A stretch of DNA of 64,000 bases. It comes from Spirochaetaceae bacterium. Lineage in GTDB: Bacteria > Spirochaetota > Spirochaetia > DSM-2461. This document shows, piece by piece, positions 1 through 9,459 of the stretch; the stretch's first letter is position 1; every line of letters begins with the position of its first letter. The position numbers and the translations under genes are program-made. The notes under the pieces are model-generated. The model was not told the origin of the DNA, searched no databases, and saw only the letters and a list, made by a program, of their open reading frames with translations. The DNA lies in NCBI GenBank assembly GCA_051531975.1, contig JAOPTT010000009.1, forward strand, positions 448,001-512,000. The letters are read 5' to 3'.

Positions 1-430
1 AACCTGTACGCATATAGGCTTGGGTCATTAGAACTCCACGATCTCTATAATCTTTAAAATCAACTTCAAGCAGTTCAATATTTGCTAATAACTGGCTAAC
101 AACTTCTGTCTGGTCTTTTTTGTTTAAAATAATTTTAACATCAGATAAATTTTTGAGTCCATTTTGGTACCACTCATCAATTTGTGGTATAAAATTATCG
201 TTTACTCCCTTTTTGTTTTCAGAAGCTGATGTTCTTAATAAAATAACACTTATCTGATCAACAGATTTACCAAAATCCATAAAGGCCAATGTAGTTTCTA
301 GGTTATCTTCTTTTATTTCTATTAAAGTCCTGTTTATTATGTTTCCCGACCTAATTGATATAAAGGAGACAGCACTAAGTAACATTAAAATTAATATGAA
401 CGAGCCCAGGATTCTGGTCTTAATCTGCAT
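1..430 (-). CDS. Partial (N-terminal 143 aa) transmembrane sensor, probably a methyl-accepting chemotaxis protein with a 4-helix-bundle periplasmic domain
   Basis: Not in the ORF track. Hand translation from ATG at 430: MQIKTRILGSFILILMLLSAVSFISIRSGNIINRTLIEIKEDNLETT..., open to the window edge; N-terminal TM helix followed by a helical periplasmic region. The output domain lies outside the window. Confidence 0.65.
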   Translation of the reverse strand, partial: MQIKTRILGSFILILMLLSAVSFISIRSGNIINRTLIEIKEDNLETTLAFMDFGKSVDQISVILLRTSASENKKGVNDNFIPQIDEWYQNGLKNLSDVKIILNKKDQTEVVSQLLANIELLEVDFKDYRDRGVLMTQAYMRTG

Positions 431-448
431 TTTTATCATAATTGCTTC

Positions 449-1027
449 CTATAGTTTTGCCATATCCACACCAATTGTAATGGCTCCAATAACTTTATTT
501 GTTGAGGCGTCAACTATTGGTAACGACACCTGAACCAGGTAATCCCCAGTACTCTCATCAAGTTCTATCTCATCAATAAAAACAGCTCCAGCACCACCGT
601 TATAGGAATTCTTAAATTTTCCTTCGTCACCTTGCCAAAAGTCGGAAGTAAGATCCGATAATGCAACATTACAACCCTGGAAATCCATTATAAATATTTC
701 TGAATAAAGATTTTTACTTTGACTTTTTATACCCTTTAAGAACATGGATGCGGCATTATTTGAATATTGACCCTGAAAACTAGTATCCCCTGCTCTCCAT
801 TTATTATCCTGTGCAAGGATCTCAGCTTCAGTTCGACCTGAATTTTTTACATTTGCATCTTTAATGGCATTTACAATAATGGGACTATTAATCCATTTTT
901 GAAATTCATTCTCAACAAGATCTTTTATTGGTTCATAATCCTGGCTTTTACTAGAATAATCATATGGATTACAGAAGATTTGGAATGAAGCCAATAATAA
1001 TACAACTAACATGGTTTTGTTTTTCAT
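449..1027 (-). CDS. Secreted stand-alone PDC/Cache-like sensor-domain protein
   Basis: Signal peptide; SEIFIMDFQGCNVA...SDFWQGDEGKF...VQVSLPIVD...VIGAITIGV resembles PDC sensor domains; RBS AAGGAG upstream. Confidence 0.7.
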   Translation of the reverse strand: MKNKTMLVVLLLASFQIFCNPYDYSSKSQDYEPIKDLVENEFQKWINSPIIVNAIKDANVKNSGRTEAEILAQDNKWRAGDTSFQGQYSNNAASMFLKGIKSQSKNLYSEIFIMDFQGCNVALSDLTSDFWQGDEGKFKNSYNGGAGAVFIDEIELDESTGDYLVQVSLPIVDASTNKVIGAITIGVDMAKL

Positions 1028-1154
1028 TTTTTACTCCTTAACTCTTATATTTAATTATAGAATTTAGTTTAATAGATTACCAATTTTTTACGATATAATG
1101 ATTTTAGACAGTTTCTTTAATTTGATAACAATAATTATATTTGAAGGATCAAAA

Positions 1155-1763
1155 ATGAGAAAATTAATTTATTTAATCTTAGTTTTACTAGCAGTTTCAG
1201 TCACTTTGTCTGCTGGGGACTTAATAGTAAATAATGATAATATCGTTAAGAATTTTGATATTGAGAATGATAATAGCTTAGAAATAACTCTACAGGTTAA
1301 AGATGGTTTTTTAGTTCTTTATTTAACTGGATACATAGATACATATAATTCGACTATTTTCCAAGTTCGTGTCGAAAAGGCTGTGAATGCTGGTTTTAAC
1401 AATTTAATATTTTAATGTAGTGGTTTAGAATACATTTCTAGTACAGGTGTCGGTTCATTTATTAGATCTTTACAATTAGTTACAGGTAAAAGTGGTGATT
1501 TAGTCCTTGTAGATATACAACCAGAAGTTCTGATAGTTTTTCAAGAATTAGGTATAGACAAAAATTTTAATATTCAAAATAACTTGGATAAAGCAGTAGA
1601 TTCTTTTAGTCATGAAATAACAGAAAAAATAGGGTTCCCCAAAATATTTAATTGCCCAATATGTTCTAAAAAGTTAAAAGCATCTAAACCTGGTAGATTC
1701 AGATGTAGTAAATGTAAGACAATTATTGCTATAGATAAAAATGGTCAGGTATTTTTAGATTAA
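1155..1763 (+). pseudogene. Anti-sigma-factor antagonist (STAS domain + C-terminal Zn-ribbon) interrupted by an in-frame TAA at 1413-1415
   Basis: LYLTGYIDTYNS...NLIF*CSGLEYISSTGVGSF...FPKIFNCPICSKKLKASKPGRFRCSKCKTIIAIDKNGQVFLD*. The same frame continues 115 codons past the stop and holds the STAS phospho-Ser motif (YISSTG) and two CxxC pairs. Confidence 0.8.
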
Positions 1764-1887
1764 AGATGATCATGTTATTATCCGAAGTTAAAGTAATTAA
1801 CAGACGTTTAAATACTGTAACCTGAGGGAACTATCTTTTTATTATGTTTGCAAAAGATCTCCTAATAAATAGTTTATTTTTGAACGA

Positions 1888-1927
1888 GAGATTACACTTG
1901 GTGACTTAAATCGCCAAGGATAATCTC
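1888..1927. terminator. Stem-loop between convergent genes (probable bidirectional terminator)
   Basis: GAGATTA-ca-CTTGGTGA-cttaaa-TCGCCAAG-ga-TAATCTC inverted repeat. Confidence 0.55.
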
Positions 1928-2029
1928 CTACATTTGTTTTATCTATATTGCTCTATACTTTTTAATACAGATTCTACTTCATCTGCAGTTTCAAAATTAA
2001 TCATTAAATGCATTCCATCTGGGTCAAAA

Positions 2030-2869
2030 TTACCCTTTAACAGAGCCTGCAGTAGACTCCATGTGTATTTTATTTTGAAAAAACAGATATAAAATAAGTG
2101 GAATCAGTGCTGATAGAAGTATTGCTGCTGAAAGTGTTGGAATTGGAATACCATGCTCACCTTTCATAACTGCAAGGCCTAAAGATAGAGGTCTCATTTT
2201 TGGATCCTGTATTAACAATAAAGAAAATGGTAGTTCAGTCCACATTGCAAGAGAACCAACAATTCCAATTGTACCAATCATAGGCGTTGCAATAGGCATC
2301 ATTATTTTAAAAAGTTGCTGGAAAACATTAGCTCCATCGATCCTAGCTGATTCAATTAATGATCTTGGAATTGTTGAATAATAAGTAGACATTATATAAG
2401 TTCCAAATGGGGCAAAATACGCAACCCAAACCAGAACTAATCCTATATACGAATTCATTAATCCCATCTTTGAACAGATTCGATATACCTGTGCAGCTAT
2501 AACCATTTGTGGAAATATCTGAAAAAATAGTATGAATGAGAAAATTGTTAATTTATAACGGAATCTAAGCATTCCTAAAGCGAAACCTGCAGCATTACAT
2601 ACTACAAAATATAGTGCCATACCAAGGATCACAGAAATTGTAGAATTCAGCATATATCTTTGAATGTTAAGGTTTCTAAATACATAAGAATAATTTGACC
2701 ATATCCATTTAACTGGCATAGCATTTTTACTTAAAGCATACTCCGTTGGTGATTTAAAACTAGATACTAACGTAAATAGTAGAGGATATAGACTAATAAA
2801 TGTCACAAATATAAGAAATAGATAGACTGCGACTTTCGCTGGATTTATTTTCTTTGTAGATTGTATCAT
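2030..2869 (-). CDS. Carbohydrate ABC transporter permease (MalG-like)
   Basis: EAA-loop IPRSLIESARIDGA, multiple TM helices; start moved to ATG 2869, which overlaps the upstream stop (ATGA) and follows a GGGG RBS. Confidence 0.92.
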   Translation of the reverse strand: MIQSTKKINPAKVAVYLFLIFVTFISLYPLLFTLVSSFKSPTEYALSKNAMPVKWIWSNYSYVFRNLNIQRYMLNSTISVILGMALYFVVCNAAGFALGMLRFRYKLTIFSFILFFQIFPQMVIAAQVYRICSKMGLMNSYIGLVLVWVAYFAPFGTYIMSTYYSTIPRSLIESARIDGANVFQQLFKIMMPIATPMIGTIGIVGSLAMWTELPFSLLLIQDPKMRPLSLGLAVMKGEHGIPIPTLSAAILLSALIPLILYLFFQNKIHMESTAGSVKG

Positions 2870-3762
2870 TTTAATTGATCCCCCTTTTTTATAACTTGAA
2901 TTTGAACTGCAGCAATTATTGAGCACATTATAAAAAGTATTACTGCCCAACTTGATGCATAACCCATCTTAAATGCCTGAAAACCAAGTTTGTAAATACC
3001 AAATTCAAGAGTATAAGTAGCAAACCCTGGACCACCATAAGTTAAGGTATAAATAAAACTGTACATTCGGGCAAATACTTCTATAAAAGATAAAACTAGG
3101 AAAAACTGAATCGAGAAACTAATACTTGGAACAGTTATATGAAAAAATTTCTGCCACCAACTTGCACCATCAATTCCCGCTGCATCATATAAACCTGTAT
3201 CTATACTGCTCATTGCTGCAAGAAAATAGATGCAACCAAAACCTAATTTTGAAAATACGACAAATAATATAGCTACAATGTGTATTGCTGTTTTTGAATG
3301 ACCTAAAATATTAATTTGGTTAGCATTTTCCACTCCCAAAACTTTAAGCATTTCAATTAGTGGTCCTGATTGGCTTAAAATTATACTAAATAGAGTTCCA
3401 AGAATTACATAGCCTAATATGGTTGGAATATAGATTACCGATCGAAAGAATGTCCAACCTTTAAATCCTTCCCTTAAAATAGCAGATATTAATAGTGGTA
3501 GAAAAACTCCTAGCGGAATATATAAAACAAGAACGCTTAAGTTTCTAATAGAAGACCAAAACTTTTCATCTTGAAATATAATTGCAAAGTTTTTTAATCC
3601 AACCCATTCCACTGCTCCAAAACCTTTCCATTTAGTAAAACTATAATAAAAGTTGGCCAATACTGGAAATACAATAAAAACAAGCATGAGTATTAGTAAA
3701 GGTAGAAGGAGTACATAGGCATCTCTCTGTTCTTGTTTCTTCATTAATTTTCTTTTATACAT
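2866..3762 (-). CDS. Carbohydrate ABC transporter permease (MalF-like)
   Basis: LYDAAGIDGASWWQKFFHITVP EAA motif; FYYSFTKW...WVGLKNF; RBS AGGAGG. Confidence 0.93.
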   Translation of the reverse strand: MYKRKLMKKQEQRDAYVLLLPLLILMLVFIVFPVLANFYYSFTKWKGFGAVEWVGLKNFAIIFQDEKFWSSIRNLSVLVLYIPLGVFLPLLISAILREGFKGWTFFRSVIYIPTILGYVILGTLFSIILSQSGPLIEMLKVLGVENANQINILGHSKTAIHIVAILFVVFSKLGFGCIYFLAAMSSIDTGLYDAAGIDGASWWQKFFHITVPSISFSIQFFLVLSFIEVFARMYSFIYTLTYGGPGFATYTLEFGIYKLGFQAFKMGYASSWAVILFIMCSIIAAVQIQVIKKGDQLK

Positions 3763-3782
3763 TTTATGTTCCTCCTATAAAA

Positions 3783-3806
3783 TGACAGGAGTGTATACTC
3801 CTGTCA
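3783..3806 (-). terminator. Intercistronic stem-loop between binding-protein and permease genes
   Basis: Perfect 10-bp stem TGACAGGAGT-GTAT-ACTCCTGTCA followed by TTTTAT on the minus strand. Confidence 0.75.
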
Positions 3807-3821
3807 AAAATAAAACTAAAA

Positions 3822-5126
3822 TTAAAGGTTTTGTTTATATGCTTTTTGAATTTTCTCTATAAATTCATTAAGTGTTAATTCATCGATTACAAAGAACATT
3901 TGTAAATAATTATAATACTCTGTAGCAAAACCAGTACTTAATTGGTTATAGAAATCTGGAACTGCATTTGTACTCATAGAAGTTACAATTTGTGCAAGTG
4001 ATTCATTTTCAATTGGTAAGTTTTTATTAGGTACAATTGCACCAGTCCTACTTAAGAATATTTTTGCAGATTCACCATGAACATATTCTTTTAAATATTC
4101 CACAGCAACTTCAGGATTTTTTGAGTTCTTTAAAACTGAAAATCCAATTCCAGCTCCTTGACTACTCTGTCGATCTGAATACTTTGCTTTAGGAGTATTC
4201 AGACTTGCAATATAACCAAGATTATCATACCCAAAAGAGTCTCCAAAATCTTTCCAATGTGCTATATCTGATGTTAGACCAAAGAAGAAACCACCTTCAC
4301 CTGTTTTAAACAGTTCAATTCCATCCATAAAATATGGCATAGTTGCATTTTCTACATTTACATAGCCCATTGTGAAAAGAGTTTTAAGCATTCGAGTAGC
4401 TTCAATAAAAGTTTCATCAGTAAAATTAGCACGACCGTCTTTAAATCCAGCTAGCTCGTCACCATAAAAATTAGACAATAGAACTCTATAAGCAAAATCA
4501 ACACCATAGGGTGCTCCACTATTACCCATTACAATTGGAGGTATCCCAGCTGCTTTAAGTTTTTCACAGGCATCAAGAAAGTCATCCCAGTCTCTTAGAT
4601 CAGTAGAAGGATCAATTCCTGCTTTTGTTAAATTAGCTTTATTTACATATATACCCATACCCTGTGCAGTTAAAGGTACAATCTTAATGTTCTTATCGCT
4701 CTCATTTGTTGAAGAACTAGCAGCCCAAGCAGAATCAGACATATCGTCTTTCCAGTCAGCAATATAAGAATCTAAAGGTAATAGAAACTCGTCCATATTC
4801 CAAATTCTTTGATCTGTGTGCACCATTATTATATCTGGACCAACACCTGATGCCATTGAAGCAGCCAATATCTCATAATAATTATCATGTGGTTGTGCTA
4901 CATGAATTAATTCAACATTAGGGTGTTTAGCCATGTAAAGTGCATCCATATCTTTTAAAGCAGAACCGGCTACTTCCTCGCTGTATTTAAAATCCCATAC
5001 AGTTAATTGTACTTTCTCGTCCTTTACTTCCATCTCTTCTTTCTGACCTTCAGCAAAGATAGAGAGGCAACTGAGCATCATTGTAAATAATAATGTAATA
5101 ATTCTTTTGTTTTTAAACATATTCAT
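3822..5126 (-). CDS. Carbohydrate ABC transporter solute-binding protein
   Basis: Spirochaete-style signal peptide (IFAEGQKE), LTVWDF, GPDII, WDDFLDACEKLKAAGIPP motifs of SBP family 1. Confidence 0.9.
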   Translation of the reverse strand: MNMFKNKRIITLLFTMMLSCLSIFAEGQKEEMEVKDEKVQLTVWDFKYSEEVAGSALKDMDALYMAKHPNVELIHVAQPHDNYYEILAASMASGVGPDIIMVHTDQRIWNMDEFLLPLDSYIADWKDDMSDSAWAASSSTNESDKNIKIVPLTAQGMGIYVNKANLTKAGIDPSTDLRDWDDFLDACEKLKAAGIPPIVMGNSGAPYGVDFAYRVLLSNFYGDELAGFKDGRANFTDETFIEATRMLKTLFTMGYVNVENATMPYFMDGIELFKTGEGGFFFGLTSDIAHWKDFGDSFGYDNLGYIASLNTPKAKYSDRQSSQGAGIGFSVLKNSKNPEVAVEYLKEYVHGESAKIFLSRTGAIVPNKNLPIENESLAQIVTSMSTNAVPDFYNQLSTGFATEYYNYLQMFFVIDELTLNEFIEKIQKAYKQNL

Positions 5127-5257
5127 TCCTCCGTTTAGATTTAATTCATTGTCATGGGGGAATGAAAGATCGGTATACTGTCATAATATTGAAAGAGTAA
5201 TGATTTGTGTTATTAGGTAGTCTCAGATTATGTAATAAGTATCAAATGCTGTGAAAG

Positions 5258-6529
5258 TTAGTATAATAATAACTCTTCATGTATTTTTTTTAGGTAGTCA
5301 TCTAGATTTATTTCACGGGAATTGAATAAAAGATCATCAAGTCGGTATTGTAATTCTGTTATATAATGTGAAGGTACAAATACCTCAGGGTCAGTACCTG
5401 AATAGTTTAGCGTATTATATATTTCCTTTAATACAGGGTATTCATTAAGTGGCAGTATGCTATCATTTAATGGAATAAGCATTCCTAAATCTTGTGTGAG
5501 GATCTTCTGACTTTTTTGAGAAAAAAGGTGTTCCAAATATTTATAAGCAGCTTCTTTATTTTTAGAAGTACGATTAATCCCAACCAAAACACCGGCGGGT
5601 TGAATTAGTTGTATACCTGGCCGTTTCATTAAAGGATGTATTAAATTAGGAAAATACCCTACATTTCCTGAACCAAGAGAATCAGTAAAGGTTTTCCAAT
5701 GTGAAGTATCTGATATAAGACCAAGAATCATTGCACTATTACTATCAGAGAATGAGTTGGAAGCATAATTGAAATATGGTTTATATATTCCATTATTATC
5801 AAAAAAGTTATTCTCACGGATTTCAATAATCATTTCCATTAAAGTACGAAATCGATTTGTGGTAAATCCCTGTCCCTGATGATAAAACCTCTGGATTTCA
5901 TCTTCAGTAAAAAAGGCCGATATAAGACTTCTTCTAAGAAACTCAGTGGTAATTGGACGGTTGTTTCCTGTTGCTATTGGATTAATCCCATTTTTTTTAA
6001 GAGCCTCGCAAGTCTCTAGGAAATCATCCCAATTAGCAGGTGGTTTCTCCGGATCTAAACCTGCTTTTATAAATAACTCTTTGTTGTAATACCATCCAAA
6101 GCCCTGAAATGTGAGGGGTAAAACTTTTAGAGTTCCCATTTCCTTACGAAAGTAGTCCAGTGATGATTTTTTTAAAGATATATCTGTACTATTTATAAAA
6201 TGATCAAGAGGTTCTAGATATTGCTGATTTTCTGTCAGTTCTGGTCCCATATGTAACCACATAATATCCGGACCTGTTCCAGCCAATAAAGCTGATCTTA
6301 ATGCGGGAATATACTCCTGATCAAAAAAGCCTTTATGAATTAATTCTATACCATTATTATCTACTTTAAATAGATTATCTATTCTGTTAATTGCTATTTT
6401 AGTTTTAGAATCTGTATATTTAAAATCCCATATAGTTAGTCCTGTATCTGCAGTCAGGGAGACGCATCCAAAAATTAAATAGGTCATGATATATATAATC
6501 TTAAAGTAGAATCTAATAGGATATTTCAC
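5258..6529 (-). CDS. Second sugar-binding protein (paralog of 3822..5126); start uncertain
   Basis: LTIWDFKY, GTGPDIM, YYNKELF, PPANWDDFLETCEALKKNGINP. Confidence 0.85.
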   Translation of the reverse strand: MKYPIRFYFKIIYIMTYLIFGCVSLTADTGLTIWDFKYTDSKTKIAINRIDNLFKVDNNGIELIHKGFFDQEYIPALRSALLAGTGPDIMWLHMGPELTENQQYLEPLDHFINSTDISLKKSSLDYFRKEMGTLKVLPLTFQGFGWYYNKELFIKAGLDPEKPPANWDDFLETCEALKKNGINPIATGNNRPITTEFLRRSLISAFFTEDEIQRFYHQGQGFTTNRFRTLMEMIIEIRENNFFDNNGIYKPYFNYASNSFSDSNSAMILGLISDTSHWKTFTDSLGSGNVGYFPNLIHPLMKRPGIQLIQPAGVLVGINRTSKNKEAAYKYLEHLFSQKSQKILTQDLGMLIPLNDSILPLNEYPVLKEIYNTLNYSGTDPEVFVPSHYITELQYRLDDLLFNSREINLDDYLKKIHEELLLY

Positions 6530-6551
6530 ATCTCCATGATAAACTGTTTCA

Positions 6552-8465
6552 ATGATTAAGATCTACAGTTTTTCCAGAACATTTTTGGCTGCTATTATAA
6601 TTCTCTGCCTTTTGGTCACAGTAATGGTTTATTACAATATTCAATCAACTAAAGTACAAAAACTAGCACTTAAATCAATGACTTTACTATCAGACTGGAA
6701 TAAATTAGAGAATCGGACAAATCGTATTTTACTAAGCCGCTTCACTGTTACTGATAAATTAACTCATCCACTTATTGAAACATGGAACATAGAATATGAA
6801 GAATTTTCTGAGTCTCTAGAAGAGTTAAGTACAAATAGACAGATTAGTCGCTGGAATCAATTAGAGAAGCAAATAAGTGGAGCTACTCGGGTCTGGAATT
6901 ATACAAGGGTTCAGTTAAATAATGCAAATAATTATCTTAATAAAATAATTCAGAGTGGTCTTGGTGAAAAAGTTATGGTAAATGGATTTTTGCATACCAT
7001 GTACAAGTTACGGATGGATAAACAACTCACTAATAGTGAGATTTTCCTCCTCGATGATACTTTGTTTGCACTTGAGTCTCTTGATAATGCCACAGATGAG
7101 TTCGATATATTATTTAGTGAAATAGTAAATGATTTGAAGGAAACAGGGGAGCTATATCTAAATAGAATACGGTTTATTATTTTTGGTTTTTTCAGCATGG
7201 CAATTATAACTCTAACTCTATCTGTATTAATAAATAGGCAATTAAAAAGAGCTCAAGAAAATAGATCTTTATATTTAAAACGTCAAAAAGAGTCACTTTT
7301 ATTAGGTATCTGTGAAAATAGTAGTTTTGAAAATATGGATCAATTTAATAACAAAAGTAAGGATTTAGGAATAGAATTATCTCTTGAAAAGCCTATTCTA
7401 CCTATACTATTACAAATTGATGATTATTCTAGATTTTCACACAACCTTAATATCGGTGAACAGAATAAGGTAATAGAAAATTTGACCAAAAGTTTGGGTT
7501 TATTCCTGGTTAATGAGAACATGATAAGTGAAACATTTATATATAGAAAAGATCTCATTGTTATACTGTCAAATCCCCCTTTTTTAGAAGAGAATGATAA
7601 ATTTCTAGAAAAAATGAAATCTAATCATGATTTGTTAATTAGAAAAAGTATGTGGTCTTTTACAATGACTGTTGGATCTATTAATAATGAAGTTATAGAT
7701 TTGGATAATGATTTTAAAGATATTCTTGAAATATCTGAATACAGATTTCTCTTAGGTAAGGGAGCTTATATAACTTCAGGTTCATCAAAGTTAATAAGCC
7801 ATAAGAAATTTAACTATCCTAAAGATAAAGAGCGATTATTTAAAGAATCTATCAACTCCCTGGGATTAGATTCTACATTAAAAATCCTAGATGAGATTAT
7901 AGATTATGGTTCAGCATATGGACCAAGGAATATGAGACGGCTATTTCTTAGGTTAACAGCAGCTCTTACCTCAACCGTGGAAGATCTAGAACAAAAATAT
8001 CATATTTCGACTATCAATGAAGTAATACCAATGATACTTCAAGTCCAAAACCCAGAGAATGTTAGTGGGGTAAGGGATATTCTGGTGGAAATTATAAAAC
8101 AGATTATTAATTCCTGTCTTAATCAAAAAGAAGATAAACATGATCAAAATGTAATACAGATCAGAGAAATGATATTTAATGAGATGAAAGACTTAAATCT
8201 TTGTGCTGATAGCATCGCAGATAAATTCAATCTTACAACATCCTATATAAATCGCCTTTTTAAACAACATAATTCATATAGTATTGCTGGTTATATTAAT
8301 AAAGTCCGTCTTGATTGTAGTGAAGAGTTATTAAGATGTACTGATAAAAACGTATCAGAGATTTCAGAACTGTCGGGATTTGCCAGTTCTGGGACATTTT
8401 TCCGTCTATTTAAAAAAAAGTATGGCCGTACTCCAAAAGAATACCAGAGAGAGATTAAGCTTTAA
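6552..8465 (+). CDS. Membrane-anchored AraC-family transcriptional regulator
   Basis: Two TM segments flanking a ~180-aa extracytoplasmic region, degenerate GGDEF-like middle (LQIDDY), C-terminal AraC double HTH (ISELSGFASSGTFFRLFKKKYGRTPKEYQ). Confidence 0.88.
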   Translation: MIKIYSFSRTFLAAIIILCLLVTVMVYYNIQSTKVQKLALKSMTLLSDWNKLENRTNRILLSRFTVTDKLTHPLIETWNIEYEEFSESLEELSTNRQISRWNQLEKQISGATRVWNYTRVQLNNANNYLNKIIQSGLGEKVMVNGFLHTMYKLRMDKQLTNSEIFLLDDTLFALESLDNATDEFDILFSEIVNDLKETGELYLNRIRFIIFGFFSMAIITLTLSVLINRQLKRAQENRSLYLKRQKESLLLGICENSSFENMDQFNNKSKDLGIELSLEKPILPILLQIDDYSRFSHNLNIGEQNKVIENLTKSLGLFLVNENMISETFIYRKDLIVILSNPPFLEENDKFLEKMKSNHDLLIRKSMWSFTMTVGSINNEVIDLDNDFKDILEISEYRFLLGKGAYITSGSSKLISHKKFNYPKDKERLFKESINSLGLDSTLKILDEIIDYGSAYGPRNMRRLFLRLTAALTSTVEDLEQKYHISTINEVIPMILQVQNPENVSGVRDILVEIIKQIINSCLNQKEDKHDQNVIQIREMIFNEMKDLNLCADSIADKFNLTTSYINRLFKQHNSYSIAGYINKVRLDCSEELLRCTDKNVSEISELSGFASSGTFFRLFKKKYGRTPKEYQREIKL

Positions 8466-8466
8466 A

Positions 8467-9327
8467 CTAACTTCTTTTTCTAGTAAATGATGGAGTACAA
8501 GTATATTTTCTCTTGTAAATTCTAGCAAAATAATTACTATTACAAAAACCTGTTAACTCGGGAATTGTTGTAATAGGTAGGTTAGTTTCTTTTAACAAAA
8601 AATTCGCCTTTTCAAGTCGTAGCTCTGTAATGTATTCAATAAGTGTAGTTCCTGTATAAGATTTAAATATTCTGCAAAAATGCTGATTACTCATATTTGA
8701 TAATGTAGCCATATCGTTTATTGTAATTTTTTCGCTATAATGATTAGAAATGTATTTAACTACTGATTTCATTTTAATAACTACCATATTTTCTTTTGGA
8801 GATAATTCTTTTTCTAGATTCTTGAATGTTCGTTTTATATTTGTAAAGAACTTACATATTTCCATTTTAAGCAGCAGTTCAAATCCAATGTTTCTTCTAT
8901 TATTCTCCACAATAATATTTTCAATTAATTGTCTAAATTCTAGATAAGTTTGGCTATTAGAATCGATATATATTGGGGTCTGTATCATCTTGGTTATAAA
9001 TGGAGTGACTATAGTATTAAAATGTTTATCATTTTTCATAGAATCAAAAAGGGATGAACCAACTACCATAGCGTAATATTCCGCAGTTTTATCGGCTATA
9101 TAGCAGTGGAGAGAATCCGGTGGAATAAACAATATATCACCCTTATTACACTGTATTACATCACCATCAATATAAACCGAACAAGACCCCTTTTTTAGAA
9201 AAAATATCTCACTGTGATTATGCCAGTGTGCAGGGGTATCTAAGTTTTTAATTAAAAATAGTTTAAAAGGAAAATCTTCACTTTCCAATCTAGGTTTTTC
9301 ATGGTTTCCAATTCTAACAAAATCCAT
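8467..9327 (-). CDS. AraC-family regulator with N-terminal cupin domain
   Basis: HWHNHSE cupin motif, GDILFIPPDSLH; C-terminal HTH (GFCNSNYFARIYKRKY). Confidence 0.92.
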   Translation of the reverse strand: MDFVRIGNHEKPRLESEDFPFKLFLIKNLDTPAHWHNHSEIFFLKKGSCSVYIDGDVIQCNKGDILFIPPDSLHCYIADKTAEYYAMVVGSSLFDSMKNDKHFNTIVTPFITKMIQTPIYIDSNSQTYLEFRQLIENIIVENNRRNIGFELLLKMEICKFFTNIKRTFKNLEKELSPKENMVVIKMKSVVKYISNHYSEKITINDMATLSNMSNQHFCRIFKSYTGTTLIEYITELRLEKANFLLKETNLPITTIPELTGFCNSNYFARIYKRKYTCTPSFTRKRS

Positions 9328-9459
9328 ATGGTTTCCTTTAACATTTCTAGGTGTATGTTCAGATAAGACATATATAAGTTCATATTATATATATTATACT
9401 AGAATATTATCTTTTACTATCTATGTATTATTCATATTAGATTGTTAAAGGAGTTTTCA

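Noticed and set aside
1413..1415. Selenocysteine/pyrrolysine recoding or an alternative genetic code at the STAS internal stop
   Set aside because: The codon is TAA, not TGA or TAG, and TAA is the normal stop for most genes in the window.
5219..5244. Direct repeat AGTCTCA/AGTATCA upstream of the sugar operon as an AraC site
   Set aside because: Only a 6/7 match with 19-bp periodicity in AT-rich DNA; too weak to call.
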